From: Stylophora pistillata
Taxonomy: Eukaryota
Assembly (NCBI RefSeq): GCF_002571385.2
Contig: NW_019217952.1
Location: 29,392-93,391 of the forward strand
Reading direction: 5' to 3'
Length of the DNA stretch: 64,000 bases
Part shown: piece by piece, positions 50,337 to 62,400 of the stretch
How positions within the stretch are numbered: position 1 is the stretch's first letter
Layout of the letters: each line of letters starts with the position of its first letter
Notes under the pieces: generated by a model
Told to the model about the DNA's origin: nothing
Seen by the model: the letters and a program-made list of their open reading frames with translations, nothing else
Database searches by the model: none
Position numbers and translations under genes: made by a program

Positions 50337-53300
50337 TTAGTCACTGTCACTGCCACTGCTGAGGAACAGCACCTTCTTTGGTTGTTTCCTCCTGATAGCA
50401 GGAGAGATTTTGACTTTGACAGGACTCTTCTGTTGTAATTTACCTTCTGTTCTAGTTGCATCACTCTGATAGTCAGTTATTTCATGTCTATGTCGTGTCT
50501 GATTTTGTGAATGTGGTAGTCTATTAGTAATAACATCCAGGTTATTAAATGATGTACTGGGAGACCTGTGTTGCCTTCTGGTGAATATTGATCGTTTTAC
50601 TACAGGTTGAGGAGTGGGGTGTACAAATGTAACATCTGAATAATCTTCGTCATCAACAGAGTTGATTTTGCTTTTATCATCATGTGTCATATTGGATGAT
50701 GGTGTTAAAACAGAAGGGATGGATTCCCGCTGTGGTTTTGGCCTGGAGTGCAACTTGTTGGTCTGTTTGTTCTTGACATGCTTTATTCTTGACACCATGC
50801 CATCATGAGCTGCACTTTTAGCTTTTCTTTTATGCCAGTCATTCCTAGAAGTCTTCATTTTCTTTCGTTTGTTGATTTGAGTACTCAAAATCTCATCCTC
50901 AGAATCACTGCTACTGTCACACACCTCACTGTTATTTGAGTTATCTTCATTTTTGATGACCTTCTTTCCTTTGCAAGTCCTTTTCCTGCAAGATAAAAAT
51001 TCAAATAGATTTCAGAATACATAAACAGTTATTAATAGTTATGATAAAAATCCCATGACTTTTCAGGTTTAAGATGATCTGTACAAAGTACAAGAAAGTT
51101 ATGTCTACATATCAGTTTTTCAAAATTTTGTTCAAAATCATCTTTTTCTTTTAAATGTATCCTTCAGAGTAGTTTTCCCACATTTTAAGTGGAGATGTAC
51201 TGTAATCAATCTTTGCCTTACTTAGGAGTCCTCAGATTAGTTGACAATGAGGATGAAGGAAGCCGTCCTCCATTTCTTGTGGCCATGCTGATCCAGCCTT
51301 CCACAGAATGCTGGCCAGGTTCTCCATGACTTGAAGATGTCCTTTCATTCCCAGTTGTATATGGCTGTTTAATAAAATAAAGTGGAAATACTGACATTTG
51401 TTGGCACACTTTCAAAACATAGTAACACCACCTGTTGGCACCCTGCAAAATGTCAAATGCAACATTTGGGCAAGCACTTCAAGGAAAAAAGGATAACTGA
51501 AAGCAAAAATGCAATGATAAATCTTCCTTTCCCCTGCATGGTATATTTCGAAGCCAGTTCATCTAAAATAAGTGTACTGAGAATAATACTAGCCACTACT
51601 TACAACATACAAAGGTGTCTATTTGGTCCCACTGCCAAAGGTAAGATTATGACAAGCCAGTCAATTGATAAGTGCAGTAAAGTTGCACCCAGTAACATTT
51701 CAGGTACAGATAAATGCTTATGATTGACTATCAAGATAACTGGTCTCTAATTATGTCTATTCCCAATTGTTAGAGGAGAAGTTGTGTGAATTTGTTTAAA
51801 TAGAACTTGTGGGATTTAAAGACTTAAATTGCCATTGGATGTTCACTATTTTGGGAAAACAAACATTGCTATAGTACTGTCCTAACCTGTTTTTCCTTTT
51901 TATCACTGCTATGTTTCTGCTTGTGGCCTTTTTGTTTCTTGGGGCTTTTTGCTCTGGACTTCCTTGAGCTTCTTGTTCTCTTGGGACAGCATTCCTTTGC
52001 TTTCACCTTGTCAGACTTGCCTTTAGTCCTTGAATTTTTTCCATTATTTCTAAATGGTACCCAGTCACTGTCCAGCTCATCTAACCAAAAAGAAAAAATT
52101 AAAGTACAATCAAATCACTAAATAAACATGATAGAAAATGTTTCATGGTCTAATTTTAAATAATGGTTGTCAACAATGGCCAGAAACAAAACAATGCAGC
52201 TGCAGCAAAGTAATCCTTATCACCACCCTTTTTAACAAAAGAACAAGTTGCAAATTGATGCGAAAATGATATGGGAAAAGGATCTATCCAAAACTACTGA
52301 GACTGAAATATTAAATATTTTTCTTTTACATACATGAAAATATTGCTTTATTGATTCTAATGACTGTAAACTTAGCAATTATTGTTTCTGACACTTAATG
52401 GATCAAAAAATAAAGTAATCTCCTCCCTCCACCTGTGGGGGAGAGAAGCTTGTCAAGAGCAGGGGTTTCATTAAGGGCCAGGCACTGAGCAAATTGACCG
52501 GTGGTGTGAGGATGGTTTTGCCCACCTGGTTTGACAATGTGGAGGAAAGTTGATCTTATACAGAAGTTCACTTCAAAAAGTTTTGCCCGCCTATGAAAAC
52601 CAGTTGCCCTCCTAGGCCTGCTGAAAACGAGATCATCTGCCTTACTCTATCTCCAAAAAGGAACCACATTAAACAATGCAGATCCTAACAGTATACAGGA
52701 TAATTTCTAAATGAATCAACGCGTATGACCTAATTGGCTCATTCATCGCCATAACTTAGTTAAGAGATTGCCTGATGATGACTAAGGTTCTATAACTTGT
52801 AGGGATACATTTTTTTTCTGTGTTGTACCCCAAAAGGAAACCTTGATATCTCAAAGGGGAAGCTCTAATAGAGTTAGAGCAGCTTTAGAGGAGGTCAAGC
52901 AAAGACAATTTTTCATACTTATTACTTTGGTGTGCACTTACTTTGTGAATCATCATCGCTGACTAGAAAACTTTGGAGACTTGCTTGGGATGAACATGCC
53001 TCTTCAATTTCGGGAAAACTTAAGATGTAAACATTATTTTGAAACAGTTAGGTGTACTATGACACATATTTTGATGAAATAAAAATAAAATTACATAAAA
53101 GAGTATGGATGGTTAAACAGAAAATCAATCCAGCTTCTTGTCATGGATCTGAAAATTGCCTGATCTGTTTCTTGGGTATATTTGAAAACATTTAATGCAT
53201 TGTGAACAAAAAGGTTTGAAATGTAATTAACTCCTTCATGAATTTCAAAATAATCTTATGGGTAATTGTAAAAGTATGACAATAATTATTGAGGTCTGAC

Positions 53301-55307
53301 AAAGCTAAATGTTGTGAACTCTTCACCTAACAAGGAACAGCTTTTTGTAGCTCTCAGACAAATATATCACACTTTAATACCTGCTAATAATGTTATTTGT
53401 ATTTCTTGAAAATCTTGTTCTAAGATTGTGCCTGTTTTGGAACTGATGTGGGCTGGTTCTTTCAGATTCTGTTGATGAACTTGTAACATTGCTCTCTTCA
53501 GAATCACTATTATTGGTGGCTTTCAAGGATTTTCTGTCATATACTTCAATCAGGGGCTCGTCATCATCAAAGTCATCATTTATAAAGGAATCTTCCAAGT
53601 CATACTCATCAAGATGCAGCTGATGTGAAGTCAACACACTAATTCCTCCTGCATTCTGTATATTAGTATTCATATTAGAGCCACAAATGAAGAGAAATTT
53701 AACAAATCTAATAAGCTGGTTCATAAACAGAAATTCTGCTTTATTACCTTAATTTTACATCAGAACTCTCAAAAGTTGAAGTTTAACATTTAAAATGCAA
53801 CTTTCAGTAATCACTGTTCAAATAAATTTATTTAATTTCATGGCATAACAGATATTGCCAGAGAGAGAAAATTAAATCAGCTCCATCATTTAAAATTTAA
53901 AATGTCAACTTCAGGCAATTAGGCGGAAACATCTGTCAAATCAAGCAAATGACAGAATGAAGTATCAATTTCTCTTGAAGGTATCATGTTTACAAACCTG
54001 TCGCCTGGATTGTCTTGTCCAAGGGTTATGGAAGTGAGAAGAAGGTTCATAATCATCATCAAAATCATCTGAATCAACTGCCCCAAGAATATCTTCCTCT
54101 ACTAACTCATCATCATCATTCCAAACTCTTTGATCCTTGTCTCCTATGCGGACCTTCGTTGGTGGAGATCTGAAAGGGCTCAGATGAACCTGAAATGCAT
54201 TATGAAACATTTTAGTGTGATGCAATTTTTAGCAAATCCTCTTTTTAAGAGTTAACTATGAACAAACCCAAGGATTATGTCTAACTACAGTTGTGGTAAC
54301 AAAATGGTGTCGGCTAAAACCTCAAAAAAAAAAAGCATTGCTCCTAAAAATTCCAGTATTTTTTTTATAATGAATATATTCACAAGCAAAAGTGGCACTT
54401 CTAGCATCTGCTCGCTTCAAAACTCATTTAATATACATAAGCTTTTCGCTTTGGGATTAATTTTCCATCACATTTTAATTGGCAACAAAAAGGAAAGTGT
54501 TTAAAAGCATGCGCTTACAACAAGCAACGGCTTTGACCACTAATAATCACGGAAATCTTAAGTCCACGTCAAAGTAAAATACTAAACTTGAGATATTAAT
54601 GGCTTTTGAAGTAAAACTGACTCAAAGGTATTCCCACTAATTAACTATATGCTCTCATTTCAATCATTCCCTGTGGGTAACACCTGCATCGGCCCACATC
54701 TGTTACAGATCTTAAATCGCTTCTTCGACACGTTCGTCATTAGTGTTAACTTATCAGAACAACTACCTCGTTCACACAAGAAACAAAATGCCCTAACAAA
54801 TTTCCATTACGTGCCGCAAGCTTAATGCGATTTAAAAGATCCGATCGAAAAGCCGTTTGCTCCTGGATCACGATAACTTCACCATTGTGTACAATCTTGA
54901 TAGAACAAACATTTATTTTTAATCGAATCATGATTCTTGCATGTCCAGTGGTATTACCTTTGTTATGCATCGAAATCGGGCCTTGCATATCGGACAGGTA
55001 TTTGTATTCTAGAAATAAAAACATACTCGGCATCAGCAAAAGCTTAAATAATTGATTTGCATTTATCCATGAATCCAATAACTCAGATATCATTCTCCGG
55101 ACATTTCAGAGCATCACAATGAATAAATTTAAAGACCTCTGACCACTCCAGTATGCATGGAAAACAGAACCAGTGATTACAAACGCTTAATTTTCCGCGA
55201 CAGACAACTTTCTCCAAACAAATTATACAATTAGATGGCTCATCAGTGTGTTTGGAGTCTTCATTTGCAGTTTCCGCGTTTCTCCAGGCCTTCGAAGGAC
55301 GAGACAT
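50337..55307 (-). CDS. Uncharacterised RING-HC protein (N-terminal RING of PHRF1/SCAF11 style, long acidic/basic disordered region), about 583 aa, 8 exons
   Basis: Exons 55307-55137, 55008-54958, 54189-53998, 53655-53381, 53018-52942, 52080-51887, 51364-51222, 50985-50337 (1752 nt, frame intact). RING: CIICLEKVVCRGKLSVCNHWFCFPCILEWSE|NTNTCPICKARF. Basic NLS-like clusters. Confidence 0.87.
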
Positions 55308-55542
55308 CACGTATTATACGAATTTGTCTTTTCAAAATTGCGCGTTTTTCGTGCGAGCAAAATGGCTGGCTATTGCTTTCGTAAATCATCGCTTCTCATT
55401 GGTTAATATTCTCGCGCAATTTTAAGCCAATCACAATCTTTGCAGCGAACAGATGTGCGGGCCTGGAACGAGACATTTTTGTTGTTATTACCCGCTGACT
55501 CGAGAAACTGCTGGCATTAGAAGGAAACTTTTCTGTGAAAAC
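55308..55542. promoter_or_regulatory. Compact bidirectional promoter (RING gene / hnRNP L-like gene)
   Basis: Divergent ATGs with 235 bp between them; opposed CCAAT boxes (ATTGG 55398-55402, CCAAT 55427-55431); YY1-like caaaatggct at 55358-55367. Confidence 0.7.
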
Positions 55543-58500
55543 ATGGCTGACATTGGAGCCATGATAGCGACTCCAGGCATCGAAAGTCCGAACAAACGGG
55601 CGAAAATGGATAGTGGACTAACAGCAACGAACTTTGATGAATCAAAATTCGCTAGATATTACAGAACAGACACAGTGAGCTCTCCCGTAAGCTCACATTC
55701 CGGACCAGTTGTCAGTGATACATCAGCATATTATTCATACCCCTACACGTTTTCGAATTCTTTCTCATCATACACGTATCCTTGTGGACAAACGGACGCA
55801 GCAGCTTTGTACACATATCCCGCATCTTATGGCATTCCTTACACCGCACTGAATGGCTTCAGCACAGAATATTCTTCGACGTCAGGTAGCGGTATGCGAC
55901 TTTCCTTTTAGCTTTTGCGCTTCTGATATCGCTTAATGCGTTACTCGAGAAATCATAAATATTTCAGATGGCGTACTCAGTTTCATCGTAAAAGGAGGGT
56001 AATCTGTTTTGTAGCGTCACTTTGGCGGCTGAACATACAGGCCATTAGGCGCAAGAATGAATTCGTGAGAGGAAATCAGCTCTGAATTGTGTTCTTGAGT
56101 AAGGGCGTGCACGAGATGGTTTTAATGTTCTTAGGACACTATTACCTTTGAGCGCGTCTGCTTCTCCCAGTCTGTTGTCTTAATATTGTTGTTAAACTTT
56201 GAAATTCATCCATTTTTAAATGACTGTCACGATTAGTCAATAAACTATGAATGCTGTACCGCTTGGGCTGGGAAACAAGCAAAAGCTTGCTCTCGCACCC
56301 GCCGCAGTCGAACCTTTAGCGGTGCGTGTGTCATTCGTGAGGAAATGTCACTATTGAAGGCTGTTACTGTGCCTTGTCATTTATTACGGACTCAATGGCT
56401 AGGCTATGTCTGGTACGGCTTTTCTTGAGAGGATGAAAGAAGGATATATTTCACTGATACGTGGATTGAAAACCAGCTGTACAACGAATCGTGGAATGGG
56501 TCTGTTTATTTTCTAATAATCTGCTTTTGTCAAAAGAAATCGCCGGTCGCCTGATGTGCGAATTGTACACGGTACACTTCTTTAGCCCAGTTGATATGAA
56601 TGGAAATGATAATGAGCGAGCTTTAAGGCAATATCGTGTTTACTTTCATGCAGGAGTCGTGCAGGCTTTTCTCGCTGTGTAATCGGGGTTTTTAATCTAC
56701 TAGTAGAAATTTACGGGCCGCTGTTCTGGCTCGTAACCCCTGTAACTCTACCTTTTTCTAAGACGCATATCATTGATAACCGTTATTTTTCTCTATTGAC
56801 GATGGTGTTTCCTTTCTTGTTACTTTGATTAGAATATAAAAGAAATCCACTTCTTTAGCCATTGAACGCAATTATTGCTCGAGCAGATAATTGTTGGCAC
56901 TTGTGTTGTCGTTTCCAACTCCGTCGAAGACAACAGCTAAAGCGTGAAATTATTGGCTAACTATGTCCGGTTAGAAATAATAAAACTCTTTCATCCACAT
57001 CGACGAGTATATATTTAGAATATGGGCCCGGAATGTGCATGTACTTGACTTCATGAATATGGAAATTATTCAAATCGCGAATGGAAAGAGATTTACTATA
57101 ATGTCAGTTGTCTTCGCTTCTGTTATGGCTCCAAAATACCACATCAATATAAATTGACTTTGATTAGAGACTTTATAAAAATCTATCCTGTCTGTGTGTG
57201 AAATGGTTGATTCTCCCTTGCTTAAAAAAAAATCAAATAAAAAAAATCAAAATTCAGCAGTTAAGGAAAGTTTTCAGTTTTTGTCTTATAAAGAATTATT
57301 AGAATGTTTTATTTTTACCTTGAATGACTTCTAGAAATCAAAACATGCATAAGTATTCTTGAAATGGTTTTGTTAATTAAGGACTCTGCGATGAGATAAG
57401 GGGAAATATTGGGCACTTCCCCAGAGAACCAAGATGTTGTGTCTTGTTTCTCTCTAAGAATGTCTCTTTTTGGTGTTTCAATCAGGTTTTTCAATCAGGC
57501 CTTTCCTAATCCCGATTTCATTTTCTGTTTTGTGTTTTCTTTTTTTTGTGATGAACTGGTAGGCACCTTTAGTTGGTAACAGCAGATAGCATAGAGGTAC
57601 ATATGTTTTAGTCAGGTAATATTTCCTAATATTTAATCCCCAATATAGTTTTGACCACAAGGAATGCAATCTGGAAACAATGTTGTATTGAAATAAGTAG
57701 GGAAGACTTCCTTTTAAGATAATGTATAATCAAGCTAGGGGCAAACTCTACTGTAGTCATTCAGTCCAAGAATTGCTTGCTGTGAGTAGGATGCTGGGAC
57801 AAATGGCATTACACAAACATCAGAATCCTTCAACCAATGGAAAGTCTGTTTATTTCAGACTGTTGTAAATTTGCATTTGTCTCAGACTCTCATTTGTTCA
57901 GAAATTTTGTTTGCTTATACTTCTAACATAGAAAATCAATATTCTGTCATTCAGAAGGATCTATTAGGTAAACTTAAAAATGCAGTGGTTCTCTCAGTAA
58001 TTATAGCCCCCCTAGTTAGAAATAGTGAACAAGAGAAACTGAAATTATACACATTTGTCATGGCCAACACTTAAATGGCCTTTAACTCTTCCAACTTATT
58101 CAAAACCAATATTTTGGTTATGAACAGCAATAAAATTTGTGACAGTCCATTCATTATGTAGTATTTTACTTGGGAAGTTGGCTCCTTTAGTGAATAGTGC
58201 AGGTGTTACTAATTTTGCTCAATTATTTTTATCACACTTTTTTTGTATACCATCCAGCCATTAGTTTGAATCTCTTTTAGTCTGTTACATAATGAAGAAC
58301 ATGTTTAAGGGAAATGTACATTCTATATTTGCCACAAATCTGGTAGAATTATCAATTCTGTGCATAATTTTATCATTATTATTTTCATCTCTCATACCTA
58401 GTATATAATTTTTATGAAAGACCTGCAGAACTTTTCATAAAAAATTATTTTTAATACGTAATCAATGTTACTGACATGTATCTGAATTCTAAATTAAAGG

Positions 58501-59446
58501 AAGCTATATGTCACTAGATTTTGTGCTAAACACTTTGCAAATGTGCCAGTTAAAAAAATAATAATTGCAAGTTATGTCTTGATTTTGCTTCAAGACATAT
58601 CACTGTTTAGACAAAACTTTGGCTGTAGAAATTGCTTTTTAGGCAGATGTTTCTGAAGGGATGGTTTGATTTGTAGCTCTCTGATTGTTCACGCGCCCAT
58701 TCAACTTTCACTTACTGAATAAAAATGAATACTTAGTGTTTGTATACTTAAGTGCTGAATGCTTGCCTCAGGCGGGAAAATGTTTTTTAAGCAAAAGTGG
58801 ATTTTTCCTTTAGTGTATACAGTGCTTAAATTTTAATGTTCTTGAGTTGCCTGCAGAGAAACTAGATGCTATGTACAGCTGTAGGCTTGTTGTGGTGGAT
58901 TTTTGCTGAAATTGCAGTGCAAGTCCTTAGCTATGAATATTATTGAAACCAGAAATAGGTTTAATTACCAAATCCTGTTATTCAGAAATGTTGTTGACTA
59001 TTTCTTAGCTAAAAAAAGCCTAATGCTCAGCCTTCTTTTCAGAAATAACAAATTGTTAATAAATATGTCTTGCTCTTGATCACTGCAAAGACTTTCACTT
59101 CTCCCTGCACTGGTTACATGTTCGTTACAGATTTGTGTGGATATGTTCACAGTATATTTAAATGTGGCAGGCAAGATCTGCATCTATTTAGTTTTTTATG
59201 GTTTGAGCTCTTGAGTTCATAATTAATTATTGCACTCATTTCTTTTTCAGACTATTCATTATCTCCAAGCTCATCTGTTTCTGCGCTGACATCAACTTCA
59301 AGTCTCAATATTCCACAATCATTGACACTAAATTCTACTGCACATCACAATACACCTCCTTCTCGTGTTATTCACTGTAGAGCAGTTGCTGATGGTTGTA
59401 AAGAAACAGACTTGATAAATGTTCTTCAGCCATTTGGGAAAATTAC
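55543..59446 (+). CDS. hnRNP L/PTB-family RRM protein, most like hnRNP L; first two coding exons only, gene continues beyond the window
   Basis: Exon 1 is 55543-55885 or 55543-55891 (NLS-like PNKRAKMD, Tyr/Ser-rich). Exon 2 is 59251-59446 and encodes PPSRVIHCRAVADGCKETDLINVLQPFGKI, the start of RRM1 in the hnRNP L/PTB family. Phases match. Confidence 0.8.
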
Positions 59447-62400
59447 GTAAGTATGAATCAAATGTTTGATCCACTAGATGTTCTTTTTATACCTGGATTT
59501 TCCAACAGTGAATTATTTTCATGGTACAGAAATGTTTCAAATTGATGATATGATAAAAATTACTTTTTGGCAATTTTATATTTGAGTGTATTTGAATCAT
59601 GGTTTGTTATAAATGTTTACTCAAAGTTTGAGTCGTACTCCACAGAATATTTTTGCTTTTCACCTACCTGTAGGAGGTAGATTTTTTCAATGAATGAGAG
59701 GTCATTGAATCTGTTCTTAATTTATTTTTTACTGAATGATGATTCTTGAATTTCTTGCCTTGCAAAACATATGTCTCGTCCCTTTGATTGCACAATAATT
59801 TTCCTGATGTTGCATAGATATCACCTTAACATTCTAAATTTAGCTTTCAATAGAGGTTACATTGTTGTTTTCAAGTGAGGCTTCATACTCATTCATATGT
59901 TTTGTAGCAAAAATGTCTGATTTTTTGTTGATGTATGGAATTTTCAGGAATGGGAGGTCTTGTGCTATAGAGCCATTTATGATGGGGTGGGGAGAGGGGG
60001 TAGGGATATTTATATTTCTTATACCCGATGATGCTGTGTACTGGGCAGCGCTCAACAAATGAACTGATCAAAACAGTGTAGTTTTGGGTCTCACTTGAAT
60101 AAATTTTTTAATAAATAATTACAGTTAAGCACTTTTTATTACTGGGAAGCATCTAATTTGTCACCAGTGGAAAGAAAATGTAGATTTTGATATCAGTTTG
60201 GGGCTGAAAAATGAAACAGGTCTGAACTGAAAGGGAAAAAAGGTTCAAAGATCAGACATAAAACACTCTTCGGAAAAAAATTCATTCACGTCTTCAGAAA
60301 TGCATTGGACTGATTAGTTCTGAAAAGTAATTTTACATGTAACTTCCCCTTACATTGTAAATGAATTGTCCAGCAAAAAGGGATGAGTATGGATAAATTA
60401 ATCATCAAGTTTTCTAATGAAGATGTAGTACCAAATTCTCATGACTAAAATACAAGGAAATGTGTTAAATTTAGACTGGAGAATTGCTGATAAGGGATAA
60501 GATCTTTGAAGTTAAAGGGTCAAAGATTACTCATTCTCTGGGTAAATGTTAAAAGTAAAATTTATTATTATAATAGCAGTGCAGCCTGAAAGAGTTTTCA
60601 GGTTTATTATATAATAGTGCTTATTATGAATAGATATTCTTTGAAAAAGGTGTGTTTTGTGATCAAATCTACTACCAAACTAAACGAAATTTTGCAAAAT
60701 CCGGAAATTCCTCATCCAAGGCTTTAAAATGGCAGGGGTTGGTTCACTTTGTGAACATTAATTTTTAACACAGCATGGTCCTTATTATGGACCAAAATAC
60801 CAATTTTCTGGACTTTGCTAAAATGAGAACTCAAATCACTTCTAAAAGTATATTTTGTTGCTACTCTTCAGACTTCTGTCTCAACATATAGCGCACGTAA
60901 CATCCATTTTGTGCCAGATGAGTTTTTGAAATGGCACCAAATTGTCTTTGAGAAAGTATTATGCTTTAATTGTCATATCAGCGTGAGCCTCAAGGTAAAT
61001 ATGAGTTTTTCTTTATGTTAATTGCATGAAAAATGCAAAACTCTTCTGTTATGCCTTAATCTTCCAAAGTTGCTTCCCCTCTGCCTGTTCATTCCATGGC
61101 ATAGAGCTATACTCTGAGTATAATGAAAGTTTTGCTAAAAAATATAGCAGCTAAAGGATAATCTAGAAAGCTTTTAAAGTGGTATTGGTCTTTCTGAAAG
61201 CTTTTTGTATTAGTCATAGATTCAAAATAGCAATCTTGAAATTGGAATGAGTCAACATTTTCAGCTATTAGCCAAGAATAAAAATGCTGGCATTTCTCCA
61301 AGAAAGGCCTTAACCACTCCTTGAGCTCCTCAAATAAGTTCAGTCACACCTCCAAGATTTGATTGTATACAGCTGTCTGTTCCAGTGCTAGCTGTTTTTT
61401 TTTTTTCTGCAATTTAAGTTCATCTTAATCTTTTAAATACCTAAAATTGTCTGAAAATTGCGTGAGACTTGTGACAGATCCTAATGGTTTTCTTATTACC
61501 CTGCCTCTCTGGGGATTAAAAACAGATCATTATCTCACTGTCAAGCCAGTATTTGCTTCCACAAGATTATTGTTGGAATATCATCAATGGATTTTGGTCA
61601 ACTGAAAAGGGATCAAATATTTTCAAAATACAACTGCAATTTCAAACTTTTTGGTGTTAATGCAAGACACTTCCAGAATCTCAGTACATATGTGTGTTTG
61701 CTTTTTTCCCACACTAGGGCAGCTCTTTTTGTTCCAAAAGCTTGAGTGTCAATCATCACAAAAAGTATAGCAGACTAAGTACTTTGATATTTGTTCTTCT
61801 GACCTTTGATATCAACAGAATATTATTGTAAGTGGCCATACTGACCCACAGAAAATTTAGTAGCTATATCTCATTTTTTATTTGTCAGGTTTTATATGGC
61901 TGCAATACTTAAATCTGCTAGAACTTTTGTAATATGTGAACTTTTGTTCATTCAACATATTATAGTTTGTGAATTCAGTAACAGAATCTGACATGCAGAT
62001 GTTGTGTTGATTATAAGATAAAATGCATATGTCATGTATTTTTTCATTTGCATGTAAAAGGTCATGCCACTCCTTTACATACATCTGTATATTTAGACTG
62101 ATGAATATTTTTTGCCACCATCAGGGTTGTAAACACAATGATTTAAAGAGTATTAAGCAATTAGATTCTTTAAGCAGCCTTTATTTTCCTCATGGTGGCA
62201 ATTTTAGGGGTGGTATTCGAGTATTTGTCTTGTTCTTCATGCCTTTTTCAAGTACACTTTTGTACTATAATAGTGTAACATAATGCATGACACTGAAAGT
62301 AAATACATAGTAGACATACTGTAGCCACTGCTGTTCTCTGATGTGATGTAAGCTAAGAAGTTCAATTGTCTATTTATTTTTAAATTGATGTTTTAAATAG

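Noticed and set aside
54746-55093. 115-aa and 76-aa ORFs in the RING gene
   Set aside because: Intronic or alternative-frame; the real exon is 55008-54958, which completes the RING
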